A stretch of DNA of 43,320 bases from an uncultured Syntrophaceae bacterium (GTDB lineage: Bacteria; Desulfobacterota; Desulfomonilia; Desulfomonilales; Desulfomonilaceae). Where the stretch lies: NCBI GenBank assembly GCA_964613745.1, contig CAZTJA010000014.1, positions 1 through 43,320 of the forward strand, given 5' to 3'. The translations under genes and the position numbers were made by a program. Positions within the stretch are counted from its first letter, which is position 1. Each line of letters starts with the position of its first letter. Positions 1 through 8,171 of this stretch are shown here, piece after piece. Below the pieces are notes generated by a model that saw only the letters and a program-made list of their open reading frames with translations, made no database searches and was not told the DNA's origin.

Positions 1-2028
1 AAAGATCGCGAGGTCATAAAGCAGATAGTCAACACGATTGGAGCCAAAGAGGGGTTTAAAGAAATTAATATTTATGATCACGCCGGCAAACTCCATTACT
101 CAAGTCGAAACGTAGATGATGGGACCGTTAGTGCTCACACGAACCCGCTCCTCACAAATCTTGCGAATGAGACATCAGTGCGACACCGGTTTTCCGACAC
201 GGGCAAGTCTCTTTACGTCTTGAATCCTCTTCTCAATGAGACGGGCTGCTCGACGTTGCAATGCCACGATAAAGCTCAAATGGTCTTGGGCGCTCTGGAA
301 ATAAAAGTTCCCCTGGATAGGATTAAGAGTGAAATTTACGAGAATACAAAACAGACGATCATATTTGGATTTCTTCTCTTTATTCTAGTATCGAGTGTAA
401 GTGGTTTAGCGGTAATTTTTTTCATCATTCCAAGCATAAAGAAGCTGCAGGACAAAGCGGCAAAAATGGCCAAAGGGGAATATGCTCCCGAACTCAATAT
501 GCAAGGTTCTGATGAAATGTCTCAGCTATTACGTGCGTTTGATGAAATGTCGCAAGAAATCAACCAGCGAACAACCGAATTGGATGCAAGTCGCAAATTA
601 TATAAGTCGCTCTTTGAGGAAGTTCCCTGCTATTTAACGGTCATTGATCGAGATTATAAGATTGTGAACGCGAACAATGCCTTTAAAGAAGAGTTTGGAC
701 ACACGCTGGGGAAGCATTGTTTCGAAGGATATAAAGGGCTTTCCGCAAAGTGTTTGAGCTGCCCCGTTGAAAAGACGTTTCTTCACAGAGCATCACATCA
801 ATCCGAAGAAATCTGGACAAGGAATGGCAAACAGATACATGTAATTGTAAAAACGTCTCCCATTCTTGGAGAGGACGGTTCCGTAGCGGAAGTTTTAGAA
901 ATGTCCGTTGACGTCACACGGCTAAAGGAGCTTCAGTTTGAGCTCCAAAAGAAGCAAAGTGAATACAAATACCTGTTTGAACACGTGCCCTGTTATTTGA
1001 CGGTCGTTGATCCGGATTTCAACATAATTCAGACAAATGAGTCTTTTGATCAGGATTTTGGGTCGAGTGAGAACAAGAAATGTTATCAAATTTACAAGGG
1101 ACTGGATTCCCCATGCGATGATTGTCCCGTGGTCAAGACTTTTCAGGACGGCAAATCACACAGTTCCGAAGAAATCTGGAGAAGATCCGGTCAAGAGACA
1201 TGCGTCATCGTGAATACTGCTCCGGTGACGGACAGCTCCGGGAAGATTTCCGCCGTTATGGAAATGAGCACCAATGTTACCGAGTTAAAACGGTTGCAAA
1301 GCGAACTCGTCATACTGGGAGAGACAATTGCGGGAATGTCTCACACTATCAAGAACATCGTGGCAGGATTGCAGGGCGGAGTTTATGTTGTCGATTCAGG
1401 CTTGGAGCGAGGTAAAGACGATAGAATTAGGTCCGGTTGGACGATGGTCAAGAGCAACGTAGAAAAAATTTCCGAACTGGTGAAAGGCATTCTGTATGCT
1501 TCAAAGGAGCGTGAGCCGGAATATAAACATACGGACCCGGGAATATTGCTGAGCGAGGTATGTGACCTTTACCGCCAAAAGGCTGCGGATCAAAAGACGA
1601 GCCTTCTGCGCTCATTCAAGCCGGTCATGGGGTTGTGCAGGTTGGATCCTGCCGGAGTCCACAGTGCTGTGGCAAATCTTATCTCCAATGCTTTGGAAGC
1701 CTGCCACGAGGAGAACGGCCGTGAACACGTGGTCACCGTAGCAGCTCGTATAGAATCAGGGCGTCTGATCATCAATGTGTCCGATGACGGACGGGGAATG
1801 CCCAAGGAAGTAAAATCACAGCTCTTCAATAAGTTTTATTCTACCAAGGGTAATAGAGGTACCGGCCTGGGCTTGGTTGTGACCCGGAAGGTCATTGAAG
1901 AACATGGAGGAACTATACGTGTGGAGTCTGAGCCGGGAGAAGGAACAACCTTCATAATGGAAATTCCCGTTGGAGATGTGGTTACTCCCGAGGTTTCGAT
2001 TGAAACACCCAGGTCTGCGGCGGTTTAA
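1..2028 (+). CDS. Sensor histidine kinase, 5' end outside the window (sensor-TM-HAMP-like, two Cys-rich PAS, HisKA, HATPase_c)
   Basis: Frame 1 is open from nt 1 through the ORF listed at 178, so the N-terminus lies upstream of the window. One TM segment (IIFGFLLFILVSSVSGLAVIFFII). Two tandem PAS-like repeats (VPCYLTV...EEIW...). H-box ETIAGMSHTIKNI. ATP-lid motifs DDGRGMP and GTGLGL. Confidence 0.85.
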   Translation, partial: KDREVIKQIVNTIGAKEGFKEINIYDHAGKLHYSSRNVDDGTVSAHTNPLLTNLANETSVRHRFSDTGKSLYVLNPLLNETGCSTLQCHDKAQMVLGALEIKVPLDRIKSEIYENTKQTIIFGFLLFILVSSVSGLAVIFFIIPSIKKLQDKAAKMAKGEYAPELNMQGSDEMSQLLRAFDEMSQEINQRTTELDASRKLYKSLFEEVPCYLTVIDRDYKIVNANNAFKEEFGHTLGKHCFEGYKGLSAKCLSCPVEKTFLHRASHQSEEIWTRNGKQIHVIVKTSPILGEDGSVAEVLEMSVDVTRLKELQFELQKKQSEYKYLFEHVPCYLTVVDPDFNIIQTNESFDQDFGSSENKKCYQIYKGLDSPCDDCPVVKTFQDGKSHSSEEIWRRSGQETCVIVNTAPVTDSSGKISAVMEMSTNVTELKRLQSELVILGETIAGMSHTIKNIVAGLQGGVYVVDSGLERGKDDRIRSGWTMVKSNVEKISELVKGILYASKEREPEYKHTDPGILLSEVCDLYRQKAADQKTSLLRSFKPVMGLCRLDPAGVHSAVANLISNALEACHEENGREHVVTVAARIESGRLIINVSDDGRGMPKEVKSQLFNKFYSTKGNRGTGLGLVVTRKVIEEHGGTIRVESEPGEGTTFIMEIPVGDVVTPEVSIETPRSAAV

Positions 2029-2030
2029 GG

Positions 2031-3242
2031 TTATTCGCCACTGAACAAGACAGTGGGTAATCCGAATTGCTCCTTGATGATGTTCTGTTCCTGTGAGCCG
2101 GTAACGATCACCACAAGTTTGCTCCATATTCTTTGGACCAGCGCAAGATTTCCCATCAGCCGCCATTCTCGCTCGGCGGTCCAATCAATTTTATCAACAG
2201 GCTGAAAAAGATATTTTTCGTCTTCGTCCATAAATCTGAATGACCTTTCCGTACCATACATTACGGGTCTTCCACCCGATTCCAATATGGTCTTTTTTGG
2301 TATTGCGATGCCATATGGCTCGAAAGACCACCGAAGCAGACCGGGACGCCACTTATTGATCTTATGAATTGCATGGGGAGGGCATTCCGTAAAACAAACT
2401 ACAGGTCGGTTACCGCGGACCAGGCCGGAGTTGCCTTTAATTTGTCGCTCATGCAATATTTTTTCGAGTGTATCAAATGCGGTATGGCCGCAACCTATAT
2501 GTCCGGCCACTAATGATTTGCAGTATTCATGGATTGTCTGATCGGGCCAGGGGCCAGGTTTTGACCGTGTGTAGTGGAAAAGGAAGTTTTCATTTCGAAA
2601 TAGGTCGCTACTCTCGTTTTTTGGCATTTGAGGCGCTGGATTTTTGGAAGTTCGCTTTCTTGCGGGTCGACTGGGATCTTGATCAGGGCCGCAGTTCAGG
2701 ATCTTGGATGCATAATCAGCCACGATCTTTTCAAAATTACCAGCTTTTCTGATTACTCCCGGGAAGATGTAATGTGCAATGGCTGCAATGAGTTTGTCAC
2801 GAATTCGATAACGTTTCGATGGAGGAATCTTAACAAGCGGATCAAAAGGGGAGATGAAAAGCGTGTTCTCGTAATCAAAGGCATCATGGTACGTTTTCAG
2901 GAATTTCTTTCTTCGAGTCTCAGGCTCAAACGGCAGAGGTTCGTCGCATACAATTAATAATGATCGGCCGTACCACATCGAATTCACCAATGAGTACGGC
3001 AGAGTGTTGTAGCTTGATACGAGAGCAAGGTCCCGGGTAGCGATTTCCTCAACAATGATTTTCGTTTTTTTTATCCAAAAATCTTCTGATGTGACCCGAT
3101 GACCTACTCTGGAGTTTAAAACGGCAGCGCGCGTTTTGTGCAGGAGATCAAGATTCCCGAAACAGTACAATTTTTCGGGAATTTCTCCTACAGGATGAAC
3201 GGCAATGTCTTGTGTAGCTAAAGTTTGGTGGTTACTCTGCAA
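2031..3242 (-). CDS. Hypothetical 403-aa protein; C-terminal half resembles DUF2971-type proteins, N-terminal half possibly Rossmann/SLOG-like
   Basis: Long ORF, stop convergent with the kinase gene. C-terminal motifs FHYT ... VVCFTE ... W ... YGIAI ... AEREWRL match what I recall of the DUF2971 family signature (HYT, CFSE, E-x-EWR). No recognisable enzymatic signature. Confidence 0.5.
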   Translation of the reverse strand: MQSNHQTLATQDIAVHPVGEIPEKLYCFGNLDLLHKTRAAVLNSRVGHRVTSEDFWIKKTKIIVEEIATRDLALVSSYNTLPYSLVNSMWYGRSLLIVCDEPLPFEPETRRKKFLKTYHDAFDYENTLFISPFDPLVKIPPSKRYRIRDKLIAAIAHYIFPGVIRKAGNFEKIVADYASKILNCGPDQDPSRPARKRTSKNPAPQMPKNESSDLFRNENFLFHYTRSKPGPWPDQTIHEYCKSLVAGHIGCGHTAFDTLEKILHERQIKGNSGLVRGNRPVVCFTECPPHAIHKINKWRPGLLRWSFEPYGIAIPKKTILESGGRPVMYGTERSFRFMDEDEKYLFQPVDKIDWTAEREWRLMGNLALVQRIWSKLVVIVTGSQEQNIIKEQFGLPTVLFSGE

Positions 3243-3272
3243 AACGAGTCAAGTGATTTGGCTGGATTATTA

Positions 3273-3485
3273 TCAATCGTCACGACAAGCGCAGGGTTCG
3301 TCGCAGCAACTTTCTTCCGAATCCCGGCATTCAGGACATCTCGCAAGATCTTGAATATTTCGCTTCTTGAAAATGAAGAATCCATTACCGGGCATTCCGG
3401 GAAGAATTTCTACACACTTTCTGCGCCTGTTTATTGCGGATTTTCTTTCTCGGATTTTAAAACGAGACTTGTTCTGTTTCACCAT
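3273..3485 (-). CDS. Small basic, Cys-rich ORF (70 aa), possible zinc-binding peptide
   Basis: It lies in the 258-nt gap between two co-oriented genes. N-terminus is strongly basic (MVKQNKSRFKIRERKSAINRRRK); C-terminus is CPECRDSEESCCDEPCACRDD. No good RBS seen, so it may be non-coding. Confidence 0.2.
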   Translation of the reverse strand: MVKQNKSRFKIRERKSAINRRRKCVEILPGMPGNGFFIFKKRNIQDLARCPECRDSEESCCDEPCACRDD

Positions 3486-3500
3486 TTAAGTTCGCTATTT

Positions 3501-3866
3501 CTAATCCGTAAATGCCCACGTCTCGATGTCGTCTTCGAGAACATAGACTGAATCATCAGTGTCTTTGAACAGCATCAACGCTTCTGAGACGTTGTATTTT
3601 GTCCCATTCAGGACGACTACTTTTCCATCAATACGTTCGAGCAAATCTATTTCTTCAGGCGTGGCTTTCCATGGGATTTCGTCCTGATCCAAAACATAGT
3701 TGCCGTTCCAGTGGGTGTTATAGGAAGTGCCGGTTTTTTTGAAAAGATCTTTAATCGTGTGCCACCCTTCGGATTCGACAACCGGTGCCAAATCATCCTG
3801 AATGCGTATTGGTATAACAAGAAGCAATTTTCTTATTTTTTCGGGCATTAAGACTTCCTCGTCCAA
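3501..3866 (-). CDS. Hypothetical acidic 121-aa protein
   Basis: Clean ORF, co-oriented and upstream of 2031..3242. Acidic (D/E-rich). No recognisable motif. Confidence 0.45.
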   Translation of the reverse strand: MDEEVLMPEKIRKLLLVIPIRIQDDLAPVVESEGWHTIKDLFKKTGTSYNTHWNGNYVLDQDEIPWKATPEEIDLLERIDGKVVVLNGTKYNVSEALMLFKDTDDSVYVLEDDIETWAFTD

Positions 3867-3969
3867 TTGAATTGCTCAAAGCAGTGCTCGTTAGAAAAGT
3901 TATGATAGACCAACTTGGTCCATTTAGTCGAGATGACATTTACCAAGGCTCGGATTTTTATTTCGATGC

Positions 3970-4716
3970 TCAGGGTAGTGTAAGGGAAAGACTTTGATTG
4001 ATCTTGCCGAGAGGCGGCAGTTCACGGCCATCAAACTTTAACCTTATGCCGCCTGCATTTCCTGTCTGGACTGAAAAGCTATCGCGAGCAGTAAAAATTT
4101 GAATGTCTCCGGGCGCCATGAAGACTTCCTCTGCAGGTCCGCCGTCGGGTTCAATGCGCAACCACGTGTTTGCTAAAGCCCTTATTTCAAGAGATCGTTT
4201 ACCGGACTGAGCTTTTGCCGCCTGATCGAAAGATCCGGAAGGCTGTTTTTGTGCTTGGGCCACTGATTTTGATGACGTACTCGTTATGTCCGCTGGACTC
4301 TGTGCTTGTTGACTCCCATCAAAGAAGATTTTCGTAACTCCTGTTAATGCGAGAATAACAAAGGAGACGAGGCCCGCAAAAGTGAGTACTCCCGTAAAAA
4401 TGTTGCTTTTCCGATATTCTCTGTTCGTGGGGGGTTTTGGAAAGACCGGGTGCTCATCTTCAAGGAAATTGGGGACTTCTCCGGATTTGGAATAATCTTC
4501 GAATTTCTGCAGACCTTCTTTTGGATCCAGTCCTAATTCAAGAAGGTAAGATCTTATGAAGCCTTTGACGAAAACACGTGGAGGCAGCAGATCATAGCGG
4601 TCCTTTTCAAGAGATTCCAGATTTGCCAATGCAATCTTTGTCTTCTCCGAGATTTCTTCGAGCGATTTATTCTTCTCTTCTCGTAGGCTTCTTAGATATT
4701 CCCCGTATGACTGCAT
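3970..4716 (-). CDS. rodZ: RodZ-like cytoskeleton protein (N-terminal XRE-type HTH, one TM, C-terminal DUF4115-like)
   Basis: N-terminal HTH (GEYLRSLREEKNKSLEEISEKTKI), a single TM segment (IFTGVLTFAGLVSFVILAL), and a C-terminal region typical of RodZ. Confidence 0.65.
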   Translation of the reverse strand: MQSYGEYLRSLREEKNKSLEEISEKTKIALANLESLEKDRYDLLPPRVFVKGFIRSYLLELGLDPKEGLQKFEDYSKSGEVPNFLEDEHPVFPKPPTNREYRKSNIFTGVLTFAGLVSFVILALTGVTKIFFDGSQQAQSPADITSTSSKSVAQAQKQPSGSFDQAAKAQSGKRSLEIRALANTWLRIEPDGGPAEEVFMAPGDIQIFTARDSFSVQTGNAGGIRLKFDGRELPPLGKINQSLSLTLP

Positions 4717-4834
4717 TTTTTTCTGCGAACCATGCTTTCTCTTGAAAGGCGTTTACGATTAATGCGCTTGCCTGGACCATATCAACCGATCTATTCTGAT
4801 CGACACAAACATTGTTTTTTTCCCAAGCGAACAA

Positions 4835-7465
4835 TTGAAGGTTTCGGTGATCGGCCTGCGTGTTCGTTATCATTATCGGACACACATTATCAAGCAATTT
4901 TCAGAAGAAGACTACATTTTAATGCGACTAAAAGATAAGACTTCGTTCTCGATAACGCCCGCTATAACTTCGGTATGTGCCCTGGTCATAGGAATTGTAT
5001 TGGGTCGGGCATGTGATTTCAACAGCGTTACCGTACCGACTACTTTAGTTGGACTCTGCTTGGCTTGCGTCCTGTGGGCTTCGGCAACAGGGCATGATGC
5101 ATTCAAAACCATGTTCATTGTCATGTTGTGCGTATCCACCGGATTTCTGACCGCATCAGCGACATCACCCGCAAGGTTTGACTTTGATGACGAGGAATAC
5201 CCAATTCTCGTTTTCGCAACAGTGAATAAAATTTGGTCAACTCTGCCGAATGCAAGGATTCTCATTTTGAATGAGGGGGAGAAAGTAAAGACCGGCCATC
5301 GATTGCCGGGGAAAGGAAGGCTTTTCCTCCGAGACAATGATATGGAATTTGGCTATGGAGACGTCATTGGTTTCAAGGCTAAGCTTCGCAAACCGACAAA
5401 TCGCGGCAATCCCGGCGAATACGATTGGGAAGCGGACTGCAACAACAACGGCATCCGATGGCTTGTCTCGATTTCGGGGGAGAATTCGATTTTCTTGGTA
5501 CGCAGTGGCTGCAAATATTCTCCGGGGGCACTGTTATTCGACCTAAGAAAGTCAATCATTTACTTTTTGGACCAATATGGCTGTTCAAAATCAAAATACG
5601 TAGTATCTGAGCTGAATCACCCAGATCGTGCAGGCACGGTCCGAGGCATAATGAAAGGAATTGTCGTCGGGGACATGGGAGAGGTGAGCTATGAGGCGCA
5701 GAAATCCTTCAGTGATTCGGGGCTGGCCCATGCCCTGTCCGCATCCGGTTTGCACGTCGCCATAGTAGCACTTCTGGTTTTTTGGGCCTGTAAGTTGTTG
5801 TCATGTTCGTTTCCGAAGATTCTCCTGTACATTCCCGCAAAAGAGTTGGCGGCCATAATCACCATACCTGCGATACTATTCTACTGCTTTCTGGTCGGTG
5901 CACGCGATCCAGCGGTGCGCTCGACGATAATGGGCGTAATCATTTGTGCTGCGGTTCTCATGAGGAGACCGTGGAATTCCGCTAATTCCCTCGCCGTAGC
6001 TGCATTTTTCATCTTACTATTCTTTCCCTCTGCCCTGTTCACCCCGAGTTTTCAACTTTCTTTTGCAGCGGTAGCGGGAATATTCGCTGCGGCTCCGTAT
6101 TTTAATAGACTGCGTGCAATCAAGGCGGATCAGTTCGTCGAAGAACCGAGGTTGAGTTTTGTAAATCGTCTAACAAGATCCGTTCTGATGATTGCCGGTG
6201 TGAGCATTGGAGCTACCCTTGCCATCAGTCCTTTAATTTTGATCATATTTCACTCGTTTCCCACCTACAGCGTTCCTGCGAACATTATGTGCGATTTTCT
6301 TTTTACTCCTGCCCTCGGACTCGGCCTGTTGGCCGGTTTAACCGGCACAATTTTCCCTGAGATAGGTTCCTTTATTGCTGTTCCGGCAGAAATCCTTATT
6401 TTCGCCATTATCAGGATTGCAGAATATTTTTCGCAATTGCCTTTCAGTACTATTGTTGTTCCTCATCCGACGCAATTGCAGCTTGTAACGACAATTTTTA
6501 TGGTGGTTGGCATAATTCTAATTGTTTTTCAGGGGGAACGTAGAAAAGGCGTAGTTGCTTCTCTCGCTGTCGTCTTTTGTCTTTTCTTGTCAGCCGTACT
6601 TTTTGAATACCTCCTGAAGGACCACAAAAATGTCGAAGCTTATTTCCTTAATGTGGGAAAAGGGGACAGTACCTTCATCCGATTTCCGGGATCGAGAGGC
6701 ATTCTAATTGACGGAGGAGTACGAACTCAGTACTTCGATGCCGGAAAATCAATAATATTGCCGTTTCTGGGTTGGGCCGGATCATCGAGTCTTGATGCCG
6801 TCATTATGAGCCATCCGGAAGCCGATCACATAGGCGGGCTTCCGGCTGTTCTCAATCGACTAAAATGCGAACGCATTCTTTGGAATGCCGTCAATTCGGA
6901 CTCTCTATTATTACAAGAAGTTTTCAACGCAGCGAACAGGGGAGCCGGACTGATTTCAAGCGTCCATAAAGATGCTCCTGAAATACGATTCGGAGAGTCC
7001 CGACTAAAATTTCTAAATGGAAAAGCGTCGAGCGAGGTGGGACTCGCACATAAAGATCTTAATAATTCCAGTGTTGTTGCTCGCCTTGAGCACAAAAGAT
7101 TTTCGATTTTATTGACGGGTGATCTCGAGCTTGAAGGTGAAAAAGAGCTGCTGTTGGCGGATCCCGTTCTCAAATCAACGGTGCTGAAAGTTGCACACCA
7201 TGGTGGAAAGAATACGTGTTCTCAGGAGTTTCTGGCTGCAGTCGCTCCTAAGGTTGTTATCATTTCCGCGGATTATCCCGCTTCCCATAATCTGCCTCAT
7301 CCGGATACCGTAAAGAGGCTTGAATCAACAGGAGCAATGGTTTTGTGGACCGGCAGAGACGGGGCGGTGAGTTTAGAGACTGATGGAAACAAACTTTTCG
7401 TAAGCACAGGTAAATCATCTCAATATTCCAAGCAGCTTAAGAGAATGGAAATTTCGGGCTTTTAA
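4835..7465 (+). CDS. comEC: DNA internalization competence protein ComEC/Rec2 (polytopic membrane region plus C-terminal metallo-beta-lactamase domain)
   Basis: Multiple TM helices. C-terminal MBL motifs (HPEADHIGG, VAHHG). Length 876 aa is typical of ComEC. The true start may be an internal Met. Confidence 0.85.
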   Translation: MKVSVIGLRVRYHYRTHIIKQFSEEDYILMRLKDKTSFSITPAITSVCALVIGIVLGRACDFNSVTVPTTLVGLCLACVLWASATGHDAFKTMFIVMLCVSTGFLTASATSPARFDFDDEEYPILVFATVNKIWSTLPNARILILNEGEKVKTGHRLPGKGRLFLRDNDMEFGYGDVIGFKAKLRKPTNRGNPGEYDWEADCNNNGIRWLVSISGENSIFLVRSGCKYSPGALLFDLRKSIIYFLDQYGCSKSKYVVSELNHPDRAGTVRGIMKGIVVGDMGEVSYEAQKSFSDSGLAHALSASGLHVAIVALLVFWACKLLSCSFPKILLYIPAKELAAIITIPAILFYCFLVGARDPAVRSTIMGVIICAAVLMRRPWNSANSLAVAAFFILLFFPSALFTPSFQLSFAAVAGIFAAAPYFNRLRAIKADQFVEEPRLSFVNRLTRSVLMIAGVSIGATLAISPLILIIFHSFPTYSVPANIMCDFLFTPALGLGLLAGLTGTIFPEIGSFIAVPAEILIFAIIRIAEYFSQLPFSTIVVPHPTQLQLVTTIFMVVGIILIVFQGERRKGVVASLAVVFCLFLSAVLFEYLLKDHKNVEAYFLNVGKGDSTFIRFPGSRGILIDGGVRTQYFDAGKSIILPFLGWAGSSSLDAVIMSHPEADHIGGLPAVLNRLKCERILWNAVNSDSLLLQEVFNAANRGAGLISSVHKDAPEIRFGESRLKFLNGKASSEVGLAHKDLNNSSVVARLEHKRFSILLTGDLELEGEKELLLADPVLKSTVLKVAHHGGKNTCSQEFLAAVAPKVVIISADYPASHNLPHPDTVKRLESTGAMVLWTGRDGAVSLETDGNKLFVSTGKSSQYSKQLKRMEISGF

Positions 7466-7548
7466 TTCTGTATGGTCCGCTTTCATGATGATATACTGCT
7501 ACGATCATCTTCACGGCGGTTTTCATCACTCCTTGATCTGGTGTCAAT

Positions 7549-8154
7549 ATGGAAGCTTGGTGGGACGCTCTCAGTTCATTGAACAAGGGCTTTTTACTTT
7601 CGGCCCTTTTCTTCAGTTTGTTGTTTCTATGGCAAACGGTAGGATCGCTCATTGGTGCTGACCATGATTCCGCAGGGCCGGGGACTCATGGGGACTTGGG
7701 TGATCACGATTTTTCCGGACACTCTACAGGAGCCGATCACCCGGATTCCGGAATCACTTTCAGCCTCATATCTGTGCGGTCCCTGATTTCATTTGCAGTT
7801 ATGTTTTCATGGGCCGGAACCATCTATCTTTATAACGGTAATTCTCTGATCATCTCGGTGATTTACAGCCTGATTTGGGGTCTTGTAGGAATGTTCCTGG
7901 TTTCCTATGTGATTTACAAACTCTTGAGATTTCAGGAGACCGGAAACGCCACCGTTTGGACTGCGATTGGGGAAGACGCCACTGTTTACATGGATATCCC
8001 GGAAAACGGGACGGGCAAAGTCAGAGTTCTCGTAAGCGGCGCGATCAGCTTTATTGACGCCAAAGGATCTTACGGTAGGGCAATCCCTTCGGGAACACAT
8101 GTGCGTGTCGTCCATGTTCTTGATGAAAAGACATTGGAAGTAGAAGCCGTTTAA
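7549..8154 (+). CDS. NfeD-like membrane protein (C-terminal OB-fold) with a His/Asp-rich insert
   Basis: TM segments plus a C-terminal beta-rich region (GKVRVLVSGA...THVRVVHV), sitting immediately upstream of a flotillin gene, which is the classic NfeD-SPFH operon. Confidence 0.65.
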   Translation: MEAWWDALSSLNKGFLLSALFFSLLFLWQTVGSLIGADHDSAGPGTHGDLGDHDFSGHSTGADHPDSGITFSLISVRSLISFAVMFSWAGTIYLYNGNSLIISVIYSLIWGLVGMFLVSYVIYKLLRFQETGNATVWTAIGEDATVYMDIPENGTGKVRVLVSGAISFIDAKGSYGRAIPSGTHVRVVHVLDEKTLEVEAV

Positions 8155-8171
8155 TACGAAAGGAATCTGGA

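Noticed and set aside
1122-2184. ORFs 1122..1415(+), 1590..1829(-), 1816..2184(-) nested in or antisense to the histidine kinase
   Set aside because: Alternative-frame or antisense artefacts inside a strongly supported gene. Their compositions are Arg/Cys-rich nonsense.
4732-5337. ORFs 4732..4938(+) and 4912..5337(-) near the comEC start
   Set aside because: They overlap the comEC 5' region, with no motifs. The comEC start itself is uncertain but these are not supported.
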